The notes under the pieces are model-generated. The model saw nothing but the letters and a program-made list of their open reading frames with translations. It did not search any database and was not told where the DNA came from. A program made the position numbers and the translations under genes. Positions 9,811-20,300 of a stretch of DNA of 64,000 bases are shown here, one piece after another; positions within the stretch are counted from its first letter, which is position 1; every line of letters begins with the position of its first letter. The stretch is from Bacteroidales bacterium (GTDB lineage: Bacteria; Bacteroidota; Bacteroidia; Bacteroidales; WCHB1-69): positions 156,916-220,915 of the forward strand of contig JAKSMB010000001.1 of assembly GCA_024400875.1 (NCBI GenBank), read 5' to 3'.

Positions 9811-12800
9811 CTATTTTTTAATAAATCGTTTGGTTGCAATACCTTTTTCTGTGGTTATGCGTGCAAAGTAGATGCCCGCAGCGAGACCTTGAATGTCCAC
9901 GTTTACCTCATTGCTGTTTGCTTCAATGATTTGCAGCAGTTTACCATAAACGTCGTAGATTTCCACTTGGTTGATGGTGAATTGCGTGTTTTGTATGATG
10001 CAATAGGTGGAGGCAGGGTTTGGATAAAGGGTGATGGCCTGCTCGTTGATGGTCCAGTCGTTGATGCCGGTGGAATCTGGAGCCGCTGTAGTGAAGTTGA
10101 AGTTGGAAGTGTAGGCACTGGTAGAGGTGCTGGAGCAAAGCGCACGTATGCGGAAGATGTAAGCGGTGCCAGGTTCCAAGTTGGTCAAGGTGTAGGGATT
10201 AGAAGAGATGGTATCGGTAACCCAACCGCCATTGCTTTTCTTATATCGAATGTTCCATTGTGAAGCAGAGTTGTCGGCCTGCGTCCAAGAGATGGTTGCT
10301 GATGTTTCAGTAACGTTCACTAATTGCAGATCTGTTGGAGTAGGACAAGGACCTTCCAAGGTGGTGATGGTGCCGCTGTAGCTGGTCCAGCTGCTGGCAT
10401 CGTTGCCGCCACAGTTGGCCTTTACGCGAACGCTGTAACCTGTATTTCCAGCTAAGCCGGTAACGGTGTACGGTTTTGTGGTAACGTTAACATCCGTCCA
10501 GGAGGATGCGGTGGATACTTTGTAGCTTAACGTCCATTCGGTTTCATCACCACTGGCATTCCAGTTTACGGTGAAGGAATTTGCCGTGATGTTGTTGACA
10601 ACAACGCTGGTAGGAGCAGGACAGGATTCCAGGGTGGTGAAGTTGTTGGTGAACGATGGAGCGCTGTGCTCGTTGTCGCCACAACTGGATTCAACATAGA
10701 AATAGTAGGTGGTGCCTTGTTGTAAGCCTGTTAGTACGTATGGACGCTCAACGTCGTTAACGGTGGTCCAAGAGGAGGTGCCGCTGGTTCTGTAGTAAAG
10801 ATTCCAGGAGGTGGCCTCGCCAATTTCCGTCCAGTTTATGATGGCGCTGTCGATGCCAATGGCGTATGCGTAAACGTTAACAGGTGCCGGACATTGGATC
10901 ATGCTGATGGAAATGTTGTCGATGGCGGCAGCCGGGTCGTTTTGTACGCTGGCATCGTTGCGCCATAAGAAGTAAAGGCGACGGATGCCATCGTTGTTCT
11001 GTCCAGGGAGCTCAGCTGTGAAGGTTTGATAGTTGGTGCTCTGGTTTAGGTTTTCGGAAATACAATCTACTCCTGCAGGAACGGAAAATGTGGTGCCTGC
11101 TGTAGGTTGAGCGGGTTCACCGAAATATACGAGCAGGTAGTCGTAGTTGGATTCGCCTTCGCCACGCCAATCGAAGGAGAGGTTGTAGCCGTTGGCGCAT
11201 GCTGGGAAGAAGATATCGCGATAAGCCCAGATGTAACAACTGTTGTTGCCGTCGTAGGCGTTCGTTACGCCATTGTCGTTGGATACGTAGAGGGCATGTG
11301 TGCCGCCGTTGTTGGTGGCGGTATCTACTATCCATTTGTTGTTGCCGGTGCCGTTCACGAATACCCAGTTATGCATAGGATCTTCGAAATCGCAAACGTA
11401 AGGCAGGGTGGCCGGCGTTTGTGTGGTGGTAAAATCTATGGACATCCAGCTGCTGTGATTGTCGCCACAGTTGGCACGTACAAATGCGGTATAATTTGTT
11501 GATGGAGTTAGATTTTCAATCAGATAGCTTGTTTCGTATGCAAATACGCTGGTACAGGTGTCTAAGTCGATGCTGTCGTTAGTGGTAGGGATGACCACAA
11601 CTTCCCATTCGGATTCGTCACGGCCTGCTGTCCATGTGAGGGTGGCACTGGAGGAGTCGATGTTGGCAGTAGCGAGGTTGCTGATGTGAACACATTCAGG
11701 GATGTAATCGATGCGTACATCATCAACGTAGAGCATATTGGAGTTGCCAACGGGCGATTTGAATGCGATGTATCGGCCATTGCCGGAGTAGTTGCGTGTG
11801 ATGATTTCTTTAGTTTCCCACGTGTTCAAACCGGCCGTTTGAACGGTGGTGATGGCGGTGAAGCTGTTGGCATCTGTTGGATTGCTCATCACGCCCACTT
11901 CTAACTTATAGGAAGCACTGCTGCTGCGCAAGTTGAAGGTGATCATCAAGCTGTCCATAGCGATGGCGTCGCCCAAACGTGGAGTTGCGGCGATGCTATA
12001 GTATCCGGAGCCACCATTGTAACAATAGAGCGAATGCTCGCCCGAGGTTGCATAGTTGGCAGATATGTAAGGATAGGCGTTGGTGGCGGTGTAGATACGT
12101 GTCCAGCAAGCTGGGAAAACGTCGTTGCCACTAACGGTGTCTTCATCAAATTCTTCTACGTAAGGTAGGGTTTCCCAAGCGTCGCAGAAGGTGGTGAAGG
12201 AGAGGTTGGTGTAGTCGCTGTAGGTTCCATCGCAGTTGCTGCGCAAACGTACGAAGTAGGAGGTGGAGTTTGCCAGATTGTTGAGAAGGTAGTTGGTGGA
12301 GGTGAGTGTGCCAACCGGCGTCCATACGGTGTCGGATTCGGGACGGAAGTCCATATCCCAGCTGGCTTCTTGATAGCCGGGTGCCCAAGTTAAAGAGGCG
12401 CTGTTGCTGGTTACATTGCTTATGGTAGCCAATGGCGGAACGCACACGGCCATGCTGTCGCACGCACCACCGAAGGTTACGATGTTGCGGTTGGTGCTGT
12501 GTATGCCCGAACTGGTCATACTCAGTGGGTTGTAGGCGGCTGCATCTTGATAAACATAACGGGCTTCACCCGTGGTGCCATAGAAGGTGTTGGTGGATGA
12601 ATAACTACCTGTATTATCTAAAATGATTAAGGCTAAATTGCTGACACCGTCATAGTTGAATAAGCTGTCGAAGTTGATGGTGTTCCAGCCATCTTGCCAG
12701 GTGACAGAACCGGTATAAACCAGTTTGGCAGAATCGGCAGGCAACCAGCCTGAAGATAATGAGGTGGCGTTGGTGGCCATCAGGAATATCTGTAGCGTAC

Positions 12801-15414
12801 GGTTCGGCGTGGTGATGTTGGAGGCGTTGAACGAAATGGAATGGAAGGTGTTTGCCCCATTCAATTCATTGGCCATATAGAGTTGTTGGGTGTAGCTGTA
12901 GTTGTAGAAACTGTGGGTGGGCAAGGTGGTGACGGTGGTGCCCGTTCCAGAACCGATGGTGATGTCGCCGCCCGACAGGCAGCCCGTGAGGAAGGACTCG
13001 CTCAGGGTATCGCTGCTGCCGTTGTCACAAGTAATGTAAAGACGAACGTCATAGTTGGTCAACTGCTCCAAATTGGAGAGTAAAAGGTAGGTGTTGGTTG
13101 TGGTGATGGTTTGCCAGGCATCGTCGCCTTGGATGCTGTATTCTAAGGTGTACTGTACGTTGTCGCTTTCCAACTCGCTGGCACGCCAGGAGAGTTGTGC
13201 AGCAGATCCTGTGGTTCTTTCAACCACGAAGTCGGAAGGTGTTCCACATCCAGCCATCGTGTTTACGATGATGTCGTCGATGTAAATGTAGTTGGTGTAG
13301 TCGCTTGGGGAACGGAAGGCGATGAAATGTCCTTCACCTTCGTAATGGTTGAGATATACGATGAAATCGTACCAGGTGTTGGTGCCTTGCAGATGACTGC
13401 CGTCAAAGGTCTTTATCGGGGTGAAAGTGGAGATGTCGCGAGGATCTTCCATCACGCCTACTTCCAAATGTCCGTAGGCGGCGGAGGTTTTGAGCAATTG
13501 GAATCTGATTTGCAGATTGTTCATCATAACACTGTTGTCGATGCCTGGAAGAATAGCGTAGGCATCGCCGCTGGTGGAGGAGTACATGCTCAAACATTTG
13601 TCGGTGCTCATCGTGCTAAAAGTGCCAACGGAAACGGTACCGTTTCCTGTGGTGGTGGCAAGCCAGCAGTCGGGGAGGGTGGTGGTAGCCGTGCTGTCGA
13701 AGTTTTCTTCAAAAGGAAGTATTACGATAGGGTCGCAGTTGGTCTCAAAGGAACGGAAAGTCCAGTTGCTGGTTTCGGATGCACAGTTGGTGCGAACATA
13801 AATGGTGTATTTGGTGTTGCTGTTCAATCCCATCAGGGTGTAAACGGTGTCGTTGACGTTGATGACTGTTTCGTCTTGCACGGTGCTGCCATCGGGAACG
13901 GCTACCAACTCGTAGTTGTTGCCACCGTTGCCTGTCCAGCTAATCGTTGCGCTTTCGTGCGTGATGCTGTGGATGGCTAAATGGGAAGGGGTAGGACAAC
14001 TGCTTACGCTGCCAATCATGAAGCGGATGTTGCTGCGTTGGCTGCCGTATGAGCCGTAGATGGTGCTGTGTTCCGGATCTAATGCCGTGGTGGTGCTTTG
14101 CGTGTACAAAGCTCTGTTTGAGGCATTGTGCGCCAAGAAAGTATTTGCAGAGTTGGTGGTATATACCGCGGTGCTGTCCCAAACGGCTACAACTAAGTTG
14201 CTGGCACCATCCCAACTGAAAGGTTGGTTCAAGGGGATGTTCAACCAGTGGTTAGGACCGGCATCGTTGAAGTTTACGATACCATCGTACACCAACGACA
14301 TCTCATTGATGGATACCCAGTCGGAGGTGGTCTCAAATACGCTCTTTGAAGTATTTCCTAAGTAGATTTTTAAATTTCTGTTTTGCGGAGTAGGGTTGAT
14401 GTATTGGAAAGAGATGCAGTTGATGTCGCCAGCAATACGGTTGATTTCACCAGCGGTGTAGATCTGTTGAGTGTATGAATATCCGTAGTAGGTGTTGGTT
14501 GGGAAGCGATAGGTTTCGCTGTTGCCGTTGCTTACGAATACGCTGTCCATACAGTCGGCACAAGGGTTGTCGCTCAAGGTTACGGTGATGGAAACAGGGT
14601 CAGACTCGCAGCCGTTGCGGTAGATGGCGGCCACGTCGTAGTTGTAGGTTCCGTTGCTGAGGTTATCTTGCCAGGAGAGTGAATGTATTGGTGTGGCGGT
14701 CATGAGCGTATTGTCGCGGGAGATGCTGTAGCCATCTACAATGTGGTCGCCCTCGGTTACAGTGCCCGACAAAATCCAGTTATAGTTAGAAAGAGAGCCT
14801 TGTGTTAGGGTCATCCAGCTGTTGTTCAACATGATAAGTTCACCTTTGCCGGTTACGGTGGTGCCAGAGCAAGCGCCGAGCGGATAACATTCTCCCGTGG
14901 AGGTGGAAATGCACTGAACGCCAATCCACAGTTCCTGGTTCGGATGGATGGCGATGGCGCTGTCCAACAAAAAGGTGTTCACCGTGTTGATGGAGATGGG
15001 TTCGGTAATCTGTTTTGTGTAAACCAGGGTTCCGCTGTTGTAGGAGGAACCGTGACTGCCGCCACGCCAGATTTTGATGGTGTAGTTGCAGGCGGAGAGT
15101 TCTTCGCCCGGCATGAAGCTGACAGCGGTCAGGTAGTGGTTGGTATAATTGTTGAGGTCGGCGGTTTCAAAACGTATTGCCCCCGTGATGTCAACGGGAC
15201 CTTCCGACAAGCCTATGCGTGTGCCCAAGGTGGAGGTTCCCCAGGTGAGGGTTTGCTCCGTAGAGTCGATGGCGGCTTGCCAGCTTAGGCGTACACTGTT
15301 CCAAGAGGGGTAGTGTAGCGCTGCTTGCAGGTTGCGTGGCGATGGACAATTCTGCGCCCAAAGAGCACCTGTTAACAGAATTGTTAGAAAGCAAAGAAAG
15401 AAGATTTTTTTCAT
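9811..15414 (-). CDS. Giant T9SS-sorted surface protein (1867 aa), paralogous in module content to 491..7963
   Basis: Signal peptide MKKIFFLCFLTILLTGALWAQ. Cleaved-adhesin-like modules (..LP(F/Y).E.FD...CW...GVM(E/S).P...Y(I)AF(R/K)S...(I/V)DD). Two YSYTQQ(I/L)Y modules. Several FN3-like units. CTD LYPNPAS...IYDVYGKLL...AGIYFARI. Confidence 0.9.
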   Translation of the reverse strand: MKKIFFLCFLTILLTGALWAQNCPSPRNLQAALHYPSWNSVRLSWQAAIDSTEQTLTWGTSTLGTRIGLSEGPVDITGAIRFETADLNNYTNHYLTAVSFMPGEELSACNYTIKIWRGGSHGSSYNSGTLVYTKQITEPISINTVNTFLLDSAIAIHPNQELWIGVQCISTSTGECYPLGACSGTTVTGKGELIMLNNSWMTLTQGSLSNYNWILSGTVTEGDHIVDGYSISRDNTLMTATPIHSLSWQDNLSNGTYNYDVAAIYRNGCESDPVSITVTLSDNPCADCMDSVFVSNGNSETYRFPTNTYYGYSYTQQIYTAGEINRIAGDINCISFQYINPTPQNRNLKIYLGNTSKSVFETTSDWVSINEMSLVYDGIVNFNDAGPNHWLNIPLNQPFSWDGASNLVVAVWDSTAVYTTNSANTFLAHNASNRALYTQSTTTALDPEHSTIYGSYGSQRSNIRFMIGSVSSCPTPSHLAIHSITHESATISWTGNGGNNYELVAVPDGSTVQDETVINVNDTVYTLMGLNSNTKYTIYVRTNCASETSNWTFRSFETNCDPIVILPFEENFDSTATTTLPDCWLATTTGNGTVSVGTFSTMSTDKCLSMYSSTSGDAYAILPGIDNSVMMNNLQIRFQLLKTSAAYGHLEVGVMEDPRDISTFTPIKTFDGSHLQGTNTWYDFIVYLNHYEGEGHFIAFRSPSDYTNYIYIDDIIVNTMAGCGTPSDFVVERTTGSAAQLSWRASELESDNVQYTLEYSIQGDDAWQTITTTNTYLLLSNLEQLTNYDVRLYITCDNGSSDTLSESFLTGCLSGGDITIGSGTGTTVTTLPTHSFYNYSYTQQLYMANELNGANTFHSISFNASNITTPNRTLQIFLMATNATSLSSGWLPADSAKLVYTGSVTWQDGWNTINFDSLFNYDGVSNLALIILDNTGSYSSTNTFYGTTGEARYVYQDAAAYNPLSMTSSGIHSTNRNIVTFGGACDSMAVCVPPLATISNVTSNSASLTWAPGYQEASWDMDFRPESDTVWTPVGTLTSTNYLLNNLANSTSYFVRLRSNCDGTYSDYTNLSFTTFCDAWETLPYVEEFDEDTVSGNDVFPACWTRIYTATNAYPYISANYATSGEHSLYCYNGGSGYYSIAATPRLGDAIAMDSLMITFNLRSSSASYKLEVGVMSNPTDANSFTAITTVQTAGLNTWETKEIITRNYSGNGRYIAFKSPVGNSNMLYVDDVRIDYIPECVHISNLATANIDSSSATLTWTAGRDESEWEVVVIPTTNDSIDLDTCTSVFAYETSYLIENLTPSTNYTAFVRANCGDNHSSWMSIDFTTTQTPATLPYVCDFEDPMHNWVFVNGTGNNKWIVDTATNNGGTHALYVSNDNGVTNAYDGNNSCYIWAYRDIFFPACANGYNLSFDWRGEGESNYDYLLVYFGEPAQPTAGTTFSVPAGVDCISENLNQSTNYQTFTAELPGQNNDGIRRLYFLWRNDASVQNDPAAAIDNISISMIQCPAPVNVYAYAIGIDSAIINWTEIGEATSWNLYYRTSGTSSWTTVNDVERPYVLTGLQQGTTYYFYVESSCGDNEHSAPSFTNNFTTLESCPAPTSVVVNNITANSFTVNWNASGDETEWTLSYKVSTASSWTDVNVTTKPYTVTGLAGNTGYSVRVKANCGGNDASSWTSYSGTITTLEGPCPTPTDLQLVNVTETSATISWTQADNSASQWNIRYKKSNGGWVTDTISSNPYTLTNLEPGTAYIFRIRALCSSTSTSAYTSNFNFTTAAPDSTGINDWTINEQAITLYPNPASTYCIIQNTQFTINQVEIYDVYGKLLQIIEANSNEVNVDIQGLAAGIYFARITTEKGIATKRFIKK

Positions 15415-15430
15415 ATCATTTTGTTTTTAA

Positions 15431-16543
15431 TTATTTTCCTAAATAGATTTGTTGCAGAACAAGTTCCTCATTTTCCCAAGTCAGCGCCTGTGCGGCGGGA
15501 ATGCAGTTGGCCTTGCATTGCGCGTAAAGTTCAGGGTCGCTCTGCAATCGCTTCACGGCGTCGGCGATGGCTTCGGGCGTCAGCTCCTCGGTGACCACCC
15601 CCACTTTGTAGTGGTTTATGATGGCGGCACGCTCCACTAAGTTGGAAACGATCTGCGGCGTGCCGGCCTTGATGTATTCGAAAATCTTGTTGGGCAAACT
15701 GAACCGCAGGTTGGCACTCACATCTCGGTCTAAGGCCATGCCTACATCCGCTAACGCAGTGTAGTTGAACAGTTTCGCTTGCGTTTGTCGGGGTACGAAC
15801 GTGATGCGGTCGTTCAGGTGGAGTGCCTGTGTCATGGTCTTCAGTTGTGGCAGGGCGTGCCCGTTGCCCACGATGAAGAGATGGGCGTCGGGAAGAAACT
15901 GCATGGCTTGCACGAGCTCTTCGCCGCCGCGACCTTCGTTGATACCGTTGCCCTGCAACAACAATACGAACTTGTTGTCGGGCATTCCCAAGCTGGCTTT
16001 GGTTTCCGTTACTGGCGGCGTGCCCGCAGGCGGAATGTTACGCACCAAGTACGGACGAATGCCATACTCTTTTTCATATTGATCCACAATAGATTGGCTC
16101 ACCGTGATTACGGTTTTCAGCTTCGGAAAACAGAACTTCTCGATGCTATGCCATACCTTGTAGGACGAGGGCTTGCTCACCACCGACAACTCCCCGCAGA
16201 AGTATTCGTGACTGTCGTACACCAAGCGTTTGCGTCGTAGTTTGCTAACCAGATAATTGGGTAAGAGCGTGTCTAAGTCGTTGGCAATAAGCACATCGCA
16301 ATGCTTGAATAAAAGGTGGAACAAGAGCCGGAGGTTGAATTCGGCGTAAAAGAGACTGCCTTTACGAAAGAGCAAACGCATTCGTTCTGTTTTGTAGATG
16401 CGGGGTGCTAATGTCGGCGAATCGCCGTAGCAGCGACCTACCAACGTAACATCGTAACCGTTGCGAGTAAGGAATTGAGCAACTTTATCGACGCGTGCGT
16501 CTGTGTATAAGTCGTTGGTAACCGAGAGGATAGCTCGTTTCAT
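15431..16543 (-). CDS. Glycosyltransferase family 4 (GT-B fold)
   Basis: Best start is MKRAILSVTNDLYTDARV at 16543; the ORF-track N-terminal extension was trimmed. GT4-like N- and C-halves are present, including the EYIKAG motif region. It lies 16 nt upstream of the 1867-aa gene. Confidence 0.8.
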   Translation of the reverse strand: MKRAILSVTNDLYTDARVDKVAQFLTRNGYDVTLVGRCYGDSPTLAPRIYKTERMRLLFRKGSLFYAEFNLRLLFHLLFKHCDVLIANDLDTLLPNYLVSKLRRKRLVYDSHEYFCGELSVVSKPSSYKVWHSIEKFCFPKLKTVITVSQSIVDQYEKEYGIRPYLVRNIPPAGTPPVTETKASLGMPDNKFVLLLQGNGINEGRGGEELVQAMQFLPDAHLFIVGNGHALPQLKTMTQALHLNDRITFVPRQTQAKLFNYTALADVGMALDRDVSANLRFSLPNKIFEYIKAGTPQIVSNLVERAAIINHYKVGVVTEELTPEAIADAVKRLQSDPELYAQCKANCIPAAQALTWENEELVLQQIYLGK

Positions 16544-16568
16544 ATTGTTAATATCAGAAAATTGAGCG

Positions 16569-16576
16569 CAAAGATA
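16569..16576 (-). promoter_or_regulatory. -7 promoter box TATCTTTG
   Basis: The reverse complement of caaagata lies about 26 nt upstream of the ATG at 16543. Confidence 0.5.
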
Positions 16577-16696
16577 CGAAAAAAGGTAAGCCGTTTTTTT
16601 ATGTAGCGATATACAAGTTGGCATAACCTGCGATACGATTAGTTGTTGGCTTTTTCAGAAATTATATGATTATATGATTAGAGGATTATATGATTG

Positions 16697-16840
16697 TTTT
16701 TCCAGAAGTTAGCAGAAATTAGATTCAAAATTATCGTAATGCGCTGCGCATGATGAGCGTAAATGCGGAGTAAATTTGCAGTTTTTTTGGGGAGGACAAT
16801 CCGTTAGGATTGCTCACTCTGTGGCGGTAATGGCTCCTCT
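16697..16840 (+). repeat. Dispersed ~165-bp repeat family, diverged copy A
   Basis: It aligns by eye with 31061-31226 and the reverse complement of 43467-43630 at roughly 80% identity. It shares cagaa(a/g)tta direct repeats, gagcgtaaatgcgg and the caatccgttaggattg hairpin. Confidence 0.75.
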
Positions 16841-16943
16841 CTTTTGGTATGGATATTCCTGTTATAGCGGATGTTACCGGACTGAAGAATGAAGAAAATG
16901 AAAGATTGATGCAGGAAGATTGATGGGTTTTAAGTATTTCTTG

Positions 16944-17069
16944 CCTACTGAAAACTTTTACCGAAATGCGCAAAAGTTTTCAATACTACTGAAAACTTTT
17001 ACCGAAATGCGCAAAAGTTTTCAATACTACTGAAAACTTTTACCAAAATGCGCAAAAGTTTTCAGTAGG
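16944..17069. repeat. Tandem array of 3 x 41 bp, each unit a dyad (GAAAACTTTT-N12-AAAAGTTTTC)
   Basis: Units start at 16946, 16987 and 17028. Units 1 and 2 are identical and unit 3 has 3 substitutions. The array ends are a perfect 16-bp inverted repeat: cctactgaaaactttt / aaaagttttcagtagg. Confidence 0.9.
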
Positions 17070-17130
17070 GATTGTTGTAGATGTTTTCCTACATTTTTAT
17101 TGATATCAAAAAATTATGAATGGGCAATCT

Positions 17131-17330
17131 TATAGTTCTTTTAAAATATCAATAAAATCATTTATCGTATATGCACCATCAAATTGAATTTTGTCGAAGA
17201 CCATAAAATAGCGATAGTCATCTCCTGCTTTGTTTGCCCAATAAGTTCCTAGTTCAATTTTATTACGGCTGTCGGAATTGTCTCGATCATCACCCTTGGT
17301 TTAAAGTATTATGAAATATTTCGTATTAAC
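17131..17330 (-). pseudogene. Relic C-terminus of a helicase-type (Res-like) restriction subunit
   Basis: The minus frame reads ..NDVNTKYFIIL*TKGDDRDNSDSRNKIELGTYWANKAGDDYRYFMVFDKIQFDGAYTINDFIDILKEL*. An in-frame TAA sits where the E of an ETKG motif is expected. There is no start codon and no upstream body. Confidence 0.35.
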
Positions 17331-17331
17331 A

Positions 17332-20300
17332 TCATTTAGAGATATACTTCGGAGAGTCTTCTGCAGCTATCCTAGTTTCATTAATTTGTTCGTTTAAATT
17401 GTAAGAATCAATTCTTTCTTGCGGTCTTTCTATAACATCTAGTCTATAAAACACTTCGGTAATCCTTCTTTTGTATTCCTCAATGCTCATACGGCTATTG
17501 TTGTATTCAGCATCAATCGCCTCACATTCCGACACAATTTGGGATTGTATATTCCGAGGCGGTAGAGGAATTTTCACTTCATTTTTCAAGTAATCGCTAT
17601 TTAAACTTTTGCCAAAAGCCTTATTGCCAACATTTTCCAAATCTATCAACTTGCTATTAAATAGCGAGAACAAATACTCATCTATTACTTGATTATTATT
17701 TTTGGGAATCAATGCGGCAATAGCCTCATTAGTATATAAATCAACACCAGCAATAGCAGTTTTGCCGATACTTAATTTAAAACTAAGTAGCGTTGTCCCT
17801 TTTGGTATCAACTTTACATTTGAATTTTTAATACCAGCCTCTGTGATTTTTTCTTTTGTGTCTGTTATTATCTGACCATTCATTTCAGAAATTGAAACCC
17901 ATAGATTATTACCTCTGAAAAAAGATGCGTTTTTTCTTGAAGGTGTTCCACCTATCCTAATATCACAAACGCCATCATCACCCCCTAACTTCACCAGCGG
18001 ATACTTACTTTTAATTTCAATTTTCTTAACGGCAGTTAGTTTTATTGACTTATCAAATTCTGTTCGGCTAAAATCAATCATATCAGATAGATTGGCAAAT
18101 GAGAGCAATTCACCCATTTCCCCGCAATAATCATTTGTTAGTTCTTCTTTTCCCGATTTAACTTCCTCGTATGAGAACTTATTGCATTGTTCATATATAT
18201 GTTTACGAATGGCGAATGCAAATTTTGTATTGTCCCACGAGTCATTAGGGTTATAAAGTGGCGTATCAATAAATTTGATAGAATTGATTGCAGTAACCAC
18301 TTCGGCATCTTTGTCGTTCTTGTCGGTTGCCTCTTGGTCGGTATCTTCTACTGGTTTGTTGGTAACATATTTTATACCCTCGTCGCCTTTACGGTTGCTC
18401 CAATCGTAGCCCAAGAATTTTACAATTTGAGCCTTGTTGCTTTTGTTGTTTATCTTGTCGGGAGGCGATTGAAGAATTGCCACCGAATTGCTTTCAATCT
18501 GAATATAAGTGTTTAGTTTGTCGCTTTCAATTTCTTTAGCAAAGGCAACAAACTGGCGTCTATGTTCTTCTTTTTCTTTGTCTTGATATTCGTTACTTGA
18601 AACAAACTCAGCAAATTGTTTATTATACTCTTTTTTATTCAGTTTTTCTTGATCGTTATAAAACGATGACTCCTCAAACCATTCTTTTTGAACGCTTTTT
18701 TTTATAGGCGTTGGTTTGAAACTCTTTTTGTAATTGACAAAAATCTCGTGTTTTTCAAGCGACTCTTCCAACTCTCCATCTTGCATGAAACTGAAATATG
18801 CCAATTCATCATAACTTTGTTTTGCAATATATCCGTCTATTGCTTGCCAACTTAAATATTGCTTGTAGTCTTTCTTCTCTATAAAAGTATGAAGAAGCCC
18901 CTCTGCGTTTTTCTTTACTCTCTGAGCAAAAAGTACTATAGTATTTGTACCTGTCGATCCAAAAGTCCGACTGTTAAGGTTAACTATTGCCAATATGTTA
19001 AAATGAGCAAATAGTAATTCGCGAGTTTTGATATACAAATTTCCATTTGAGAGAATAGAACTTGGCAAAACGATACCCACAACACCATTAGTACGCAAAA
19101 AATGTTTTGTTCTTTCGATAAAGAAACACTCAATGCTGTTGTTAGCTCCGTATGCCTTTTCTTCAATTGATTTAAGAAGATCAAATTGATTTCTATCGTT
19201 GTTTGTCATTGTATTCAAAAAGCCTTTCACACTGTAGGGAGGATTTGCAATTATGCAATCAAAGATGTCTTTGTCAAAACCTTGATAGCGGACATCGTTT
19301 GTGTTAATGCAGCTTAGCGAATCTTTGAATACAATCCGGGCATCTTTGCTTCCATTGATAATGGTTGCAATTTTTGCCACTTGGCTTAATGTTTGGCTTT
19401 TTTCTATTCCGTAGGCTTTAGCATTAGGATAGTTCTTGATAAATTCGGTTAAGAAATGCCCTGCGCCACAAGCATAATCAAGCACTTTTACTGTATTTGA
19501 TTGGGTAAAATCGGGCAAACATTTTATAATGAAGTTGACAATTGGAAGTGGTGTAAAAAATTGTCCCTCTGTCTGATGAACATTTTTAGACAACAAACCC
19601 TCAAACAAATCACCAAAAAAGTGGTTTGTTTCGCTGTTGCTTAGGTTTATGTCCTGAATAAGGGCGGCAATCTTTATTAGGATTTGGAAATTCTTTTCAA
19701 AATCTTCTTTGTTTTCTACATCAATAAAGTTAAATTTTTTAATGTTGTAGAATTTTATCTCTTCAAACAAACTCTTGATTCCTGCAAAAAGTCCGTTTGT
19801 TACCGAACGATTTGTGTCTTCAAAAATCTGTTTGATATCTTTTTCTTCTTTGTTTACAACCTCTACATGAAATAAATCATGCTTACCATCTTGATACAAT
19901 TTAAGAAGACGCGTGCAATACTCTTTGGGAGTGTCACGAGCTATTCCCTTGTAATAGAATTGTAAATCATTGGGATTGTTGCGCTCGTCTGTAATTTTGC
20001 AAAGAAACAAATCTATCAAAATATAAAACGAATGCTCAAAGTCTGTAATAGCATTGTTCCTCAAAATGGTTGCAAATTCATGATATATTGGTCTGATTTC
20101 GGCATGAGATAGTTCCTTCAAGTCAGCAGTCGTATATTTCAACTTACCGATGGAATATGCAGCTATATCATTTTCAAACAACCCCTTTGTTTCAAACGAT
20201 TTACCATATGTTTCGTCCCATACTTCAAAGTATTTGCCTTGTGCATTTTTAAATGTTTTTGGGTTTTCTAATTCCAAAATACGTTTTTCGTTGTCTTTCA

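Noticed and set aside
16731-16973. An 80-aa minus-strand ORF covering repeat copy A and part of the 41-bp array.
   Set aside because: The equivalent frames in copies B and C are short (closed after ~35 codons). The ORF runs into the tandem repeat. It is more simply explained as a non-coding repeat, although the short peptide similarity between copies is noted in the findings.
16944-17069. Possible CRISPR array.
   Set aside because: The three 41-bp units are directly adjacent with no spacers, and no cas genes occur in the window.
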